Of a stretch of DNA of 64,000 nt, positions 40,156 through 52,487 are shown in pieces. Source of the stretch: Octopus sinensis (taxonomy: Eukaryota); NCBI RefSeq assembly GCF_006345805.1, contig NC_043000.1, forward strand, positions 100,874,001 to 100,938,000, in the 5' to 3' direction. A program made the position numbers and the translations under genes. How positions within the stretch are numbered: position 1 is the stretch's first letter; each line of letters begins with the position of its first letter. The notes under the pieces are model-generated. The model saw only the letters and a program-made list of their open reading frames with translations. It was not told the origin of the DNA and did not search any database.

Positions 40156-41759
40156 TATATATATATATATATATATGCATGTATATAATTTTCTGAATCT
40201 TCAGATTTTTTCAGTATGCTAGGCCACAGGTTTATATTGATATTAATCCAATTAATATCAATTTTTACCCTTATATTTTAAAATTCAACATTCTAATATC
40301 TGAAAGCTGATGAACGAACTAAATTGTTTCTCCATTTTCTTATTTGTATTATATATATACACACATATATATATATACACACACACACACATATATATAT
40401 GTGTGTGTGTGTGTATTTATATATTAATCAAAGTATAGAGTATTATGGATCCATTGCAGTTGATCTTAGCAATCGGTTTCACACCAGATATTAGATAACT
40501 GGATAGTTGTGTAATACATGTACTCTTCAGAGATGTCAGGTGAGGGGAAAATCATACATACATACATTAGTAAATATATACATACGTCCATACATATATG
40601 TGGTATGTGTGTGTGGGCAGTGGGGGGAGTGATGGTGTTGGTGATGGTGATGATGATGATGATGACAACAGTGACAAGAATAACGGCAAATATGACAATG
40701 ATCTTAGTAAAGGGTATGATGATGATGTTGATGATGTTGATGATGGTGGTGGTGGTGATGGTGATAATGATGATGAGGGGAGGAGAATGGATGGAGGTGG
40801 TGATGAGGAGGATAATGATGATGATGATGATGATGACGATGATGACGATGACGACGATGACGATGATGACGACGATGACAGCAACAATGATATTTTTCAA
40901 TTTGCCTTTTTGTTTTCTCTGAAGAGATGACCAGCAACCATGGTAGCATTAATATTCTGCTTTAACCTATCACAAATTAATTGATGACTAAAAGAGAGGA
41001 TGACAAGGATACTAGTGAGTCAGAAATCCATGTGTGGAGAGCAGAGCGCAGAGCTCTGTGTTTTGTTCTTGAGCAAGACACTTTATTTCGCATCGCTCCA
41101 GTTCACTCAGCTGTAAAGATGAGTTGCAAAATCACTTTTTATTTTCCAAATATATTCCTCAAAGGAAAAATCATCTGAGGTTTTATATGCTGAGTTGAGC
41201 CTATAGTATTATGGATCCATTGCAGTTGATCTTAGCAATCGGTTTCACACCAGATATTAGATAACTGGATGGTTGTGTAATACACGTACTCTTCAGAGAT
41301 GTCAGGTGAGGGGAAAATCATACATACATACATTAGTAAATATATACATACGTCCATACATATATGTGGTATGTGTGTGTGAAATTTTCCTGAATATGCT
41401 CTGCTGAAATTCAGATCAACTTCTGCCTTTCTTGGATAACATTAGTAGCATGGAGATGAGAGGCTGGCATGCTTGGGCAACTGCTGGGCTTTCATAAACA
41501 ACCTTGCCCACCCTTGTGCCTTGGAAAAGAACAGTTTAGGTGCACCCCATGATCATTCATGACCTGAAGGTGTCCTTCTTTTAGGGTGATTGTGTGAGAA
41601 GCAGCAATACTGTCCTAACTATGGTAGTACTTCTCCATTATTGATCTCATATTATTGATCTTTGTAAGACAACCAGTAATTGCTTGGGGCTAGATTATTT
41701 CCTCACTCTGATGAGAAAAGGCTTGCAAATGGGGTGCTTAATTATGTGGATTTACTGGT

Positions 41760-43120
41760 GTAGATCGGCAATGACGGTGCAAAAGCATAGTGTTTGATGT
41801 GATAGTAATCGTGTTGTGTTGTTGTTGGTGGTGATGATGGTGACTGTGGTGGTGGCAGTGATTGGAGTAGCAGTGATGGTGGTGGCAGTGATGGTGGTGG
41901 CAGTGGTGATGCTGGTTGTGGTTGTGGTGGTGGTGGTGGTGGTTGTGGTAGTGCTGGTTGTGGTGGTGGGGTACTGCTGCTGCTGCTGGTTGTGGTGTTG
42001 GTGGTGGTTGTCGTGGTAGTGGTGTTGGTGTTGGTGGTGAGAGTGGTGGTGGCGACAATGGTGTTAATGGGGGTAGTGGTGGTTGTTGCCATCATTGTGG
42101 TATTGGTGTAGTGATGATGGTGGTGGTGGTGGTGTTAGTGGGTGATATTGGTTGTGTTGGTGAGGGTGGTATTGGTAGTGGTGTTGGTGTTGGTGGTGAG
42201 AGTGGTGGTAGAGGCAATGGGGGGGGGGTAGTGGTGTTAGTGGTGGTAGTCGTCGCCAGCATTGTGGTATTGGTGGTGGTGGCACTGATGATGATGATGG
42301 ATGGATGATGATAATATTGCTTCACAATACTGCTGATGATGAGGACAACATTGATGACCATGATTAATGACAATGGTATTGGTGGTGGTGGTGGTGGTGG
42401 TGGTGGTGGTGGTGGTGGTGGTGGTGGTGATGGTGGTGGTGGTTGTGGTGATGATGTTGGCAATGATAACAAACACAATATGATGGAAGATGATAGCTTT
42501 GGGTGATGGTGATAATGACAATGTCAGCAACAATGACAATGAAAATGATGGTGATGGTGATGGTGATGATGATGATGAGGAGGAGGAGGAGGAGAAGGAG
42601 GATTGGTGGTGGTGATGGTGGTGATGAGGAGGAGAATGAGGATGATGTGGATGATGAGGAGGAGGAGGAGAAGGAGGATTGGTGGTGGTGATGGTGGTGA
42701 TGAGGAGGAGAATGAGGATGATGTGGATGATGAGGAGGAGGAGGAGAAGGAGGATTGGTGGTGGTGATGGTGGTGATGAGGAGGAGAATGAGGATGATGT
42801 GGATGATGAGGAGGAGGAGGAGAAGGAGGATTGGTGGTGGTGATGGTGGTGATGAGGAGGAGAATGAGGATGATGTGGATGATGAGGAGGAGGAGGAGGA
42901 GGATGACAGCAGCAATGATGATGATAATGTTGATGATGAAAATGATGATGATGATGATGATTGGTGGTGGTGGTGGTGGTGGTGGTGGTGGTACTGCTGC
43001 TCCAGGGAGGGGGCAGTTGTGCTACTACTGCTGCTGTTGCTGCTTCTGTTGCTGCTGCTACAGTTCCTGATACTGATGCTGGTGCTTGTGGGTGGTTCGA
43101 TGAAGGAGAAGAAATCCTGA
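41760..43120. repeat. Triplet low-complexity tract including a 76-bp x ~4 tandem repeat (42577-42900)
   Basis: gattggtggtggtgatgg occurs at 42601, 42677, 42753 and 42829. Confidence 0.9.
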
Positions 43121-43381
43121 AATGTCAAGTGGTTTGCCTAAAGAAGATTTCTCTTGTAATATCGGACACCATCAGCATCCCAGCAGTGTGCATGCTTGTG
43201 AGTGAATGTGTGTGTGTGTGTGCGTGCGTGTGTGTGTGTGTGTGTGTGCGTGTGTGTGTGTTTGTATGTGCACATGCATGCATGAGTGTGTGCACGTGTG
43301 TGATGGCAGTTTATGTGCTGTTTCTGTGTGTGTGCATATGTTAATGTGTATGCATATGTACAATATAAGTTTATACATGCA

Positions 43382-43384
<3 letters not shown>

Positions 43385-43431
<47 letters not shown>

Positions 43432-43829
43432 AATGTGTATCTGAGTGATCTATGAGGTTGACTGCATCGTTCAGACTTTCCAATATTTAATGGAACGAAA
43501 TAAATAAATACATAAATATAAAAAAAAAAACACATCTGAAGAAAGGAATATAGAGTTACCATATAGTGTGTATGTGTATGTGTATTTATGTATGAGTCCA
43601 TTGCTGTGTGTGTGTGTGTGTGTGTGTGTTGTGTGTGTGTGTGTGTGTGTGTGTATAAATGTGTATCTGAGTGATCTATGAGGTTGACTGCATCGTTCAG
43701 ACTTTCCAATATTTAATGGAACGAAATAAATAAATACATAAATATAAAAAAAAAAACACATCTGAAGAAAGGAATATAGAGTTACCATATAGTGTGTATG
43801 TGTATGTGTATTTATGTATGAGTCCATTG

Positions 43830-43860
<31 letters not shown>
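43385..43860. repeat. 226-bp tandem duplication bounded by (TG)n
   Basis: ataaatgtgtatctgagtg...gagtccattgc occurs at 43429 and 43655. Confidence 0.95.
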
Positions 43861-43863
<3 letters not shown>

Positions 43864-44764
43864 ATGTGTATACACGTGCATGGGTGTGTGTCTTTGTGTG
43901 AGTACATGTATTTGTGTGCACACCTGAGTTGTTACATTGAATGTCATTATTACCATTCTTGTTGTCATCATCATCATCATCATTATATCAAGTTCATCAT
44001 CATCATCGTCATCATCACTATAACTTCAGCACCGTCATCATCATCATCATAAGCATAATCATTGTCGTCAGCATCGTCATTACTGTTGTTGTTGTCGTTG
44101 TCATTGTCATTGCAATTGTCATCGTTGTTTAGCATCATCATTGTCCTTCTCCACTTCTTCATTATCATCATCATCATCATCATCGGCATCGACCTGGCTG
44201 GAATGCCTTTAATCAATAGGCCCTGGGCTACACAATAACGTCATGCTTGCCACCATCACCGTCACCATCACTACCAACACCAGCGTCACCATTATCATCA
44301 TTATCACTGTCATCATTGTAATTGACATTATTGTTGACATCATCGCCACCATCCTGCTTCTCCTCCTCCTCCTCCTCTTCATCATCATCATCGTCGTCAT
44401 CATCCTGGCTGGAATGCTTTTAATCTGAGTTAACTTAGGGCTACACAACATCACATTTGCTACCCCCATCATCATCATTATTATCATCATCATCGTTAAT
44501 ATGTGCAATACATTAACCAGACACTCTCCCTTAATGAACCACAAAAGGAGCTTCTAAGTGGCCTTCTAAACAAGATGCTATAGAAACAGGTGCAAAATAC
44601 CCCAAAAGCCACCACGACCACCACCATAAGCCACATGTTATTGTCTTAAGAATTGGAAGGGTACATTGCTTACTGTAGTACCAGATACAGAATGTAAGGA
44701 AATGAAAAAGAAAGGAAAAAAAGATATGGGAGTAAATAAAGTCTCCTTTACTGATGAAACTTGA

Positions 44765-45520
44765 TATCGTTATTTGGGACTTCCCAACCACATGGTTCTA
44801 GGTTCGGTCCCACTGCATGGAACCTTAGGCGAGTGTCTTCTACTATAGTCTTGGGTCAACCAAAACCTTGTGAATAGATCTGGTAGGCAGAAACTGAAAG
44901 ACACCAGGCATATATATATCTTCTTTTATTCATTTATACTTTTATATTCTTATTCTTTTACTTGTTTCAGTCATTTGACTGTGGCCATGCTGCATCACTG
45001 CCTTTAGTCGAGCAAATCGACCCCAGGACTTATTCTTTGTAAACCTAGTACTTATTCTATCAGTCTCTTTTGCCGAACCGCTAAGTTATTGGGACGTAAA
45101 CACACCAGCATCGGTTGTCAAGCGATATGGGGGGAGGCAAACACAAACACACAACATATACACACGCATACATATATATATGTATACATATATACAATGG
45201 GTTTCTTTCAGTTTCCGTCTACCAAACCCACTCACAAGGCTTTGATCAGCCCGAGGCTATAGTAGAAGATACTTGCCCAAGGTGCAACGCAGTGGGAATG
45301 AACCCATAACCATGTGATTGGTAAGCCAGCTACTCACCACACAGCCACTCCTGCACCTGTATATATATATATATATATGGGCATGGCTGTGTGGTTAGGG
45401 AGCTTTCTTCCTAGCTACATGGTTTCAGGTTCAGTCCAACCGCGTGGCACTTTGGGCAAGAGTCTTCTGCTATAGCCCCGGGCTGACTGAAGTTTTGTGA
45501 TTGAATTTGGTAGGCAGAAG
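44765..45520. mobile_element. Cluster of three family A SINEs (+ truncated, - full, + truncated)
   Basis: Approximately 44765-44905 (+), 44950-45360 (-) and 45380-45520 (+). Confidence 0.75.
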
Positions 45521-45576
45521 TTACTGCCATGTGTGTATATATCCGTGTAGGTGCTTGTGCCTCTCTGAAAGATAGA

Positions 45577-45620
<44 letters not shown>

Positions 45621-45736
45621 TAAATAGATATACATACATATATTGCTATATTTTGGGCTGGTCATTTTACGACTATCCTGAAATATAACAGTATCTGTTT
45701 CAACATACAGTTTCACATCAGGACACAAAGTCATAA

Positions 45737-45768
<32 letters not shown>

Positions 45769-45944
45769 GGATACATATAGATAAATATATATCAGCAAAT
45801 ATATTATGAATTATAAAAATTAACCCCCCACACACACTCACAAAAAATACCTAAATATCAGGTATAAAAATGGAATTTTTACACAATTTTTTCTGTTTTG
45901 TTTTTCTTTTTTCATTCTCTCTCCATTTTTACCCCTTCTCAATC

Positions 45945-45980
45945 CTTTCTGTCAAAGAGCATAGGCTTGAAATGTCAAAG
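45945..45980 (+). ncRNA. Minimal hammerhead-like motif, CUGUCGA family, decayed
   Basis: cttt-CTGTCAA-a-GAGC-atag-GCTT-GAA-ATGT-C-aaag. Confidence 0.4.
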
Positions 45981-46113
45981 ACTTTTCCATTCTTCCCGAG
46001 CATCAAACTAATACACCAGCTTGTTGTTCCCTCACCTGTCTTCATTTTTTACATTCTGTAAATTTGAACTATATATATATATGTATATATATATATGTAT
46101 ATATATATATATA

Positions 46114-46679
46114 CAACTACCGTCAGAAATTAATTAGCACCCTTGATTTGCTCACCATGAAGCATGGTGGGGGTGGTCTGATGGTGTGAGGGGCGTTCAG
46201 CTACAGTGGTGTTGGGCGGCTCTATGCCGTCGAAGGCAACATCAACGCAGCAAAGTACGTTGAGATAGTACAGGATACCTCTTGGTGGCGAGGAGTACGT
46301 GCTGGCCAGTCACCTGACTGAACCCTATTGAGAACCCTGGAGTCGATTGGTAGGGATTTGAATGTGCAGCAATACAGGAACCGACACGAGCTGTTTGGGG
46401 CACTTCTTGCTGCATGAGGGGCCATCCCTGCACAGTACCTGCAGGCACTCATAGACAGCATGCCGACCCGCGTAGCAGCTGTCATTGCTGCCAAGGAGGA
46501 GGAGCAACAAGATATTGACTAAATTTCACGATTAATAACAATTATGTGGTGTGCTGGGATATGTTTTAATAAATTTTTGATTAAAAACGAGTTTGTTTCT
46601 GATAATAAGTTAATTAAATTAAGAAAATGTAAGAAAATGTAGAAATTTGAGAAGTGCTAATTAATTTCCGACGCAAGTG
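46114..46679 (+). mobile_element. Internally deleted Tc1-like transposon
   Basis: ~27-bp TIRs sharing GAAATTAATTAGCAC, TA on both sides. Remnants MKHGGGGLMV, PDLNPIEN-like and LIDSMPTRVAAVIAAK...GATRY*. Confidence 0.9.
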
Positions 46680-46744
46680 TATATATATATATATATAGGC
46701 GCATGAGTGACTACATGACGCAACATTAAAAAAATCATCTTTAT

Positions 46745-47110
46745 GAATTTATTGTAGGTGCATGCATGGTTGTGTGGTAAGAAACTTGCTTCCTAACCAC
46801 ATGGTTCGAGGTTCAGTCCCACTGTGTTGCACTATTGTCTCGGGCTAACCAAAACCTTGTCAGGGGATTTGGTAGATGGAAACTGAAAGAACCCTGTCGT
46901 ATATAATTATATATATGTAAGCATGTATATATATATGTATATGTGTGGAGTGTTAGTGTGTCTGTGTTTGTCTCCTCCACTCTTGCTTGACAACTGCTAG
47001 TGATTGATAGAATAAGTACTAAGCTTACAAAAAATATGTCCTGGGGTCGATTTATTCAGCTAAAGGTGGTGCTGCAACATGGCTGCATTCAAATGACTGA
47101 AACAAGTAAG
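46745..47110 (+). mobile_element. SINE family A
   Basis: Head, core and tail recognisable. Confidence 0.75.
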
Positions 47111-47122
47111 AATATTTATATG

Positions 47123-47170
<48 letters not shown>

Positions 47171-47171
47171 A

Positions 47172-47689
47172 TTTTTTTAATACAAATAAATGAAAGAATG
47201 GAGTTGAACGACGATTTAACAAAATTCCTTTATTTTTGACATATGTTCGAAGGCTGCATATTCCTAATTTCGAAGGAATAAGGGGTGCATTATTCTGCCT
47301 TCTCATCAGGAAAAACAAGGAACTTATGTCAGCATCAAGATGAACAAAAACTTTTAGATGACTGCCCACACGGAGCCCATAGCTATGGGCTCCGTGTGGG
47401 CAGTCGGGCTCCGTGTGGGCAGTCGGGCTCCGTGTGGGCAGTCGGGCTCCGTGTGGGCAGTCGGGCTCCGTGTGGGCAGTCGGGCTATGTGTGGGCAGTC
47501 ATCTAAAAGTTTTTGTTCATCTTGATGCTGACATAAGTTCCTTGTTTTTCCTGATGAGAAGGCGGCATAATGCACCCCTTATTCCTTCGAAATTAGGAAT
47601 ATGCAGCCTTCAAAACATATGTCGAGAATAAAGTAATTTTGTTAAATCGTCGTTCAACTCCATTCTTTCATTTATTTGTATTAAAAAAA
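47172..47689. mobile_element. Spacerless palindromic (foldback) element with an HHR-like core in each arm and a 19-bp array
   Basis: 211-bp arms meet at cccatag|ctatggg (47382/47383). The right arm carries six copies of gggctccgtgtgggcagtc, the last with two substitutions (47387-47500). Confidence 0.9.
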
Positions 47690-47828
47690 CACACAAATTT
47701 CCACACGAAAGCATGTGATCTCTGCCCTTGGCATGTAGCTTCAACTGTGTTTTTCTGACGTGAATTTGCTACCCAGGTATTGGTTAACCGAATTATCCAT
47801 ACTAAGATAATTCATTCAACTACTTATA

Positions 47829-47876
<48 letters not shown>

Positions 47877-47998
47877 TTACAAGATAAGGGCAAAAGAAAA
47901 ATTCTTTTGTCAAATATGCCAAAAAAAAGACAAAACTTTTCAATAACCATTATAATTTATGCATCTCGAAACAAACAGATAGAAATCTCTAAAAAATT

Positions 47999-48069
47999 CG
48001 TTATTACCATATTGGTCCAATTTCGGGGTTAATTGATAATAAATCTTCCCCTCTTCAGCGGCAAATACG
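47999..48069 (-). ncRNA. Type I hammerhead ribozyme (left arm)
   Basis: cgtatttgccg-CTGAAGA-GGGG-19 nt-CCCC-GAA-ATTGG-a-CCAAT-A-tggtaataacg. Confidence 0.75.
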
Positions 48070-48150
48070 CGAGATATAAGTGAAATACTTACTCATACCC
48101 ACGAAAAAAGCAAGCACTAAGTCCTGAGCAGACATTTCACTTAGATCTCG

Positions 48151-48221
48151 CGTATTTGCCGCTGAAGAGGGGAAAATTTATTATTAATTAACCCCGAAAT
48201 TGGACCAATACGGTAATAACG
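48151..48221 (+). ncRNA. Type I hammerhead ribozyme (right arm)
   Basis: cgtatttgccg-CTGAAGA-GGGG-19 nt-CCCC-GAA-ATTGG-a-CCAAT-A-cggtaataacg. All conserved core positions and three helices are present. Confidence 0.8.
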
Positions 48222-48474
48222 AATTTTTTAGAGATTTCTATTGGTTTGTTTCGAGACGCATAAATTATAATGGTTATTGAAAAGTTTTGTCTTTTTTTCG
48301 GTATATTTGGCATTAGAATTTTTCTTTTGCCCTTATCTTGTAAATTATTTATAAATTTAACCTTTAAAGGTATTTTTTGATATGCTGGCCATTGATAAAA
48401 TTTTTTTCCCGAAAAAAATTTTATCCTACATTAGTTATATATATATATATATATGTATGTATATTAATTAACCC

Positions 48475-48640
48475 CAATGGGCTTCTTTTAGTTTCCGTCT
48501 ACAAAATCCCCTCACAAGGTCTTGGTTGGCCCAAGGCTATAGTAGAAAACACTTGCCCAAAATGCCAAGCAGTGGGACTGAACCTGGAACCATGTGGTTA
48601 GGAAGCAAGCTTCTTACCACACAGCCACACCTGCACCTAC
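48475..48640 (-). mobile_element. SINE family A, 5' half
   Basis: Reverse-complement head and core. Confidence 0.75.
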
Positions 48641-48959
48641 CATAAATTCATAAAAATGATTTATTTCATGTTACGTCATTTTGCTAGTTAAGTTGTGTCT
48701 CAATACCAATTACCGATGTGTGTTGAGATATGCCTGTATATTGTTACAGATGTTAGCTACCATGCAGACGTGAGTATCTTTTTCAAAATCAGTGACAGGG
48801 TGAATGGACAGCTTCTTTGAAACGTTACCTTATCTTTTATATCGGTGTGTGAATATATATGTACAGATATTCAAGATATGCTGTACTTATGCATGAATAC
48901 ACGTAGATATACACGGATATAGAAGTTTGGAGACCCAGACTTTTGATGTTGATAATGTT

Positions 48960-49560
48960 GGTTAATATTTGCTTCGTCAGGTCTCTTGCTCCCATTCTCT
49001 CTTTCTCCAACCCACCCATTCTCTATCTCATTCTCTCTCTTTCTCTCCATCTCCAACACTCTCATTCTCTCTCTCCCTCCATTTCCAACCCTCTAATTCT
49101 CTCTCTCTCTTTATCTCCAACTCTCCCATTCTCTCTCTCCATCTCCAGCCCTCTCATTCTCTCTCTTCCCATCTCTCTTTCCCCCACTCACTCCATCCCC
49201 CTTTTCTCACCTCTTTTCTTGCACACCCTCTCTCTTACTCTCACCCTTTCTCCCTCCATCCTCTCATTCTCTCTCTCCTCTCGTACCCTCTCTCTTACTC
49301 TCACTTTCCATCCCTCTCCCTCTCATCCCTTCTCTTTCACTCTCATTCTCTCTCCTCTCCCTCTCATTCTCTCTCTCCATCCCTCTCATTCTCTCTCTAT
49401 CCCTCTTTCACCATCTCATTCCATCCCCTTTCTCTCTTTCCACTCCTTTCTCACCCTCCCTCTCACTTTCCACCCCTTTCTCTGTCACCTTTTCCCTCTC
49501 CATCCCCTCATTCTCTCTGCATCTCCCTCTCCCCCCTCTCCTCTCTCTCACTCTCTCTTT
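48960..49560. repeat. CT-rich degenerate minisatellite
   Basis: Recurrent ctctcattctctctctccatc-like units, which explain the L/S/P and polar ORFs. Confidence 0.8.
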
Positions 49561-49809
49561 CCAAGATAAAGTTAAACCCAGATAAGCTGTCACATTATTG
49601 ATAATGATGATGATGATGATGATGATAACGACGACTAGTGGCGTGGTAGTATTAGTGATGGTGATGATGATAATGATGATGATGATGATGCTGATGATGA
49701 TGAGTTTTGTTTTAAACAGTTCAAGGAGATATTTCATGAAACAGCAAAAAAGAAAACAATGCATAAAAAAATCTAAGCCTCCTCCCCCCCTCATACACAC
49801 ACATGTGTG

Positions 49810-49846
<37 letters not shown>

Positions 49847-50012
49847 CAAAATATAAAAAATATCATAAAATGCCAAATGTCAGCAACAGACAGTTGCAAA
49901 GTTCATGTAGGAAATAAATTGATTAAAATCGAATTTTCTTTTTCTTGAATTCGTTGTAGTTGCAATAAGCATTAAACATTCATGTTTATTATAACATGTA
50001 CATTAATGAAAA

Positions 50013-50088
<76 letters not shown>

Positions 50089-50506
50089 TTGTTTTGTGCA
50101 GATATGTATTTATGCATGTATGTCCATTCATTTAATATCGATTTTAACATGCTAGCATGGTAAAATGGATGTTAAACAGAGTAGGGTAGATATCTGAGAC
50201 AGAATTTTTATGGATAGCTGCTCTTCCTGTTGCTAACCCTTAACTGATTTGCAAATTGTTTTTATTTATTTTTTTTCTTATTACAAATGTGTTTGAAAGT
50301 GCAGAATGATTGATCGTAATGTCATTGAGGAATGACGACATTATCACCGTTTTGTTCAAATGGTAACAAGTGTGAAATACCAATATCTGCACACAACACA
50401 CACACACACACAGAAATTACAACAGGCTTCCTACAATTTCCCATGCTGTACAGTGTGACTAAATGCCAAATCATGCAGTTGAGCAGTGATATATATATAT
50501 ATACTT

Positions 50507-50541
<35 letters not shown>

Positions 50542-50951
50542 GATTTATAATTGTATAAAATATGATTATAATTAAGGACATAGAGGAGACCATGCTTATG
50601 CCGAAAATAGAAGCTAAATCGTCAAACCACTTCAAATCATCACTTTTATAGTACACACATGTTGAAATCGACGGATTTGAAATGATTTAAAGGTTTAGGG
50701 TCTATTTTCAGATATATGAATATATAGCTGATTATATTAATTTATATATACGTATGTATATATATATATATAATAGGTGCAGGAGTGGCTGTGTGGTAAG
50801 TAGCTTGCTTACCAACCACATGGTTCCGGGTTCAGCCCCACTGCATGGCATCTTAGGCAAGTGTCTTCTACTATAGCCTCAGGCTGACCAAAGCCTTGTG
50901 AGTGGATTTGGTAGACGGAAACTGATAGAAGCCCGTCGTATATATATTATA

Positions 50952-51897
50952 TATAGGTAAACAGTAAAAATAATTACAGACAGGGAAAGAACATGAAACA
51001 CCACAGAGACGACACAAGAACCAAGGACGGGACATTCGAAGCCCTCAGTCATCAGTCAAGAACCAGATCATCTTAGCAATTTCGGCTGATTAATCTTGAG
51101 ATGCTCCGATATGGCCAGCAAGCCAAGGGGAAATCTAAGCCAAGCGCATTAGATCCCTGGAAGAAAGCTTCGAATGTATACACCGCGGATGGACAACGAA
51201 CGAAGTACATAAACAAAAATACAGAATACGTGACACCAATAAGAATACAAAAACGTAAAAACAATAACGGTAAAAATAAAAATAAAAATAAAAAACAACA
51301 AAACAAAACCAGGACGTGGGACAAGGGTCTTTCGACAGGACGCGTTAAGTATGGGGCTGGCTCTGAAGTTGTGCCTAATGGCAGGGAGGGAGACGAAAAA
51401 AGGTTGTTCTGCGGCTGCTGAAAACGAAAAGAGCGCTCAACGGCGGCTAGCTGTCACGTGAGAACAGAAGACAGGAGAAAGGGACAGAGAAAAGAGAGAG
51501 GAAGGTGGGACGAGGGAGGAGAAGAAAGAGACAGATCGAGGAGGCTGGAGGTGAGAGAGATAGAGAAACGTAGAAGGGGGGGGAGAACGGAGGAGAGGGA
51601 AGAAAGGAAGGGGAATAAGGGAGGAGAGAGAGAGAGAGAGAAAAAGAGACAGATTAAGAGTCGTATCAAGCTAGAGAAAAAAATACTACTTATCGTATAA
51701 GGTCAATTGTGGATACTAGCCGCCGATTATATAGGTAAACAGTAAAAATAATTACAGACATGGACAAGAACATGAAACACCACAGAGACGACAAGAACCA
51801 CAGGACGGGACATTCGAAGCCCTCAGTCATCAGTCAAGAACCAGATCATCTTAGCAATTTCGGCTGATTAATTTGAGATTGCTCCGATATGGCCAGC
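50952..51897 (-). mobile_element. Non-coding element with ~170-bp direct repeats (Penelope pseudo-LTR / retrozyme-like)
   Basis: tataggtaaacagtaaaaataattacagaca...ccgatatggccagc occurs at 50952-51119 and 51728-51897 (offset ~778). No long ORF between them. Confidence 0.75.
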
Positions 51898-52090
51898 CAA
51901 TCTGCTCTTTTTCTATATATATATATGCATGTGTGTGTTATATATATATATATATATATAATATACTATATATAATATGCATGTGTGTGGTGTTATATAT
52001 ATATATATATATATTATAAGTTAATAAACATGAAAACACCAAGAGAAAACACAACAACGCGAGGGGACGTGGAACAAATATAGTATTATT

Positions 52091-52137
<47 letters not shown>

Positions 52138-52443
52138 CATCACTTAACGTCCATTTTCCATGCTGGCATGGGTTGGATGGTTTGACATGGAGCTGGCTAG
52201 CAGGATTGCTGTCCAAACTCCAACTGTCTGTTGTGGCATGATGAGTACTTATATGATGCATACATCAGTGTATGCCTTTGTCTTTTGTTTGTCCCCCCCA
52301 CCACCACCACTTGACAATTGGTGTTGTTTATTTACATCCCTGTAACTTAATGGTTTGGCAAAAGGGGTCCAACAGAATATATATTAGTCTTAAAAATAAG
52401 TACTGTGATTTGATTTGTTCGTTAAAACAACAAAGTGGATGAT

Positions 52444-52487
<44 letters not shown>

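Larger units (their letters stand above)
47875..48345. mobile_element. Foldback element: ~212-bp inverted arms, 47-bp spacer
   Basis: atttacaagataaggg...taagtgaaat (47875-48086) is the near-perfect reverse complement of 48134-48345. Confidence 0.9.
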
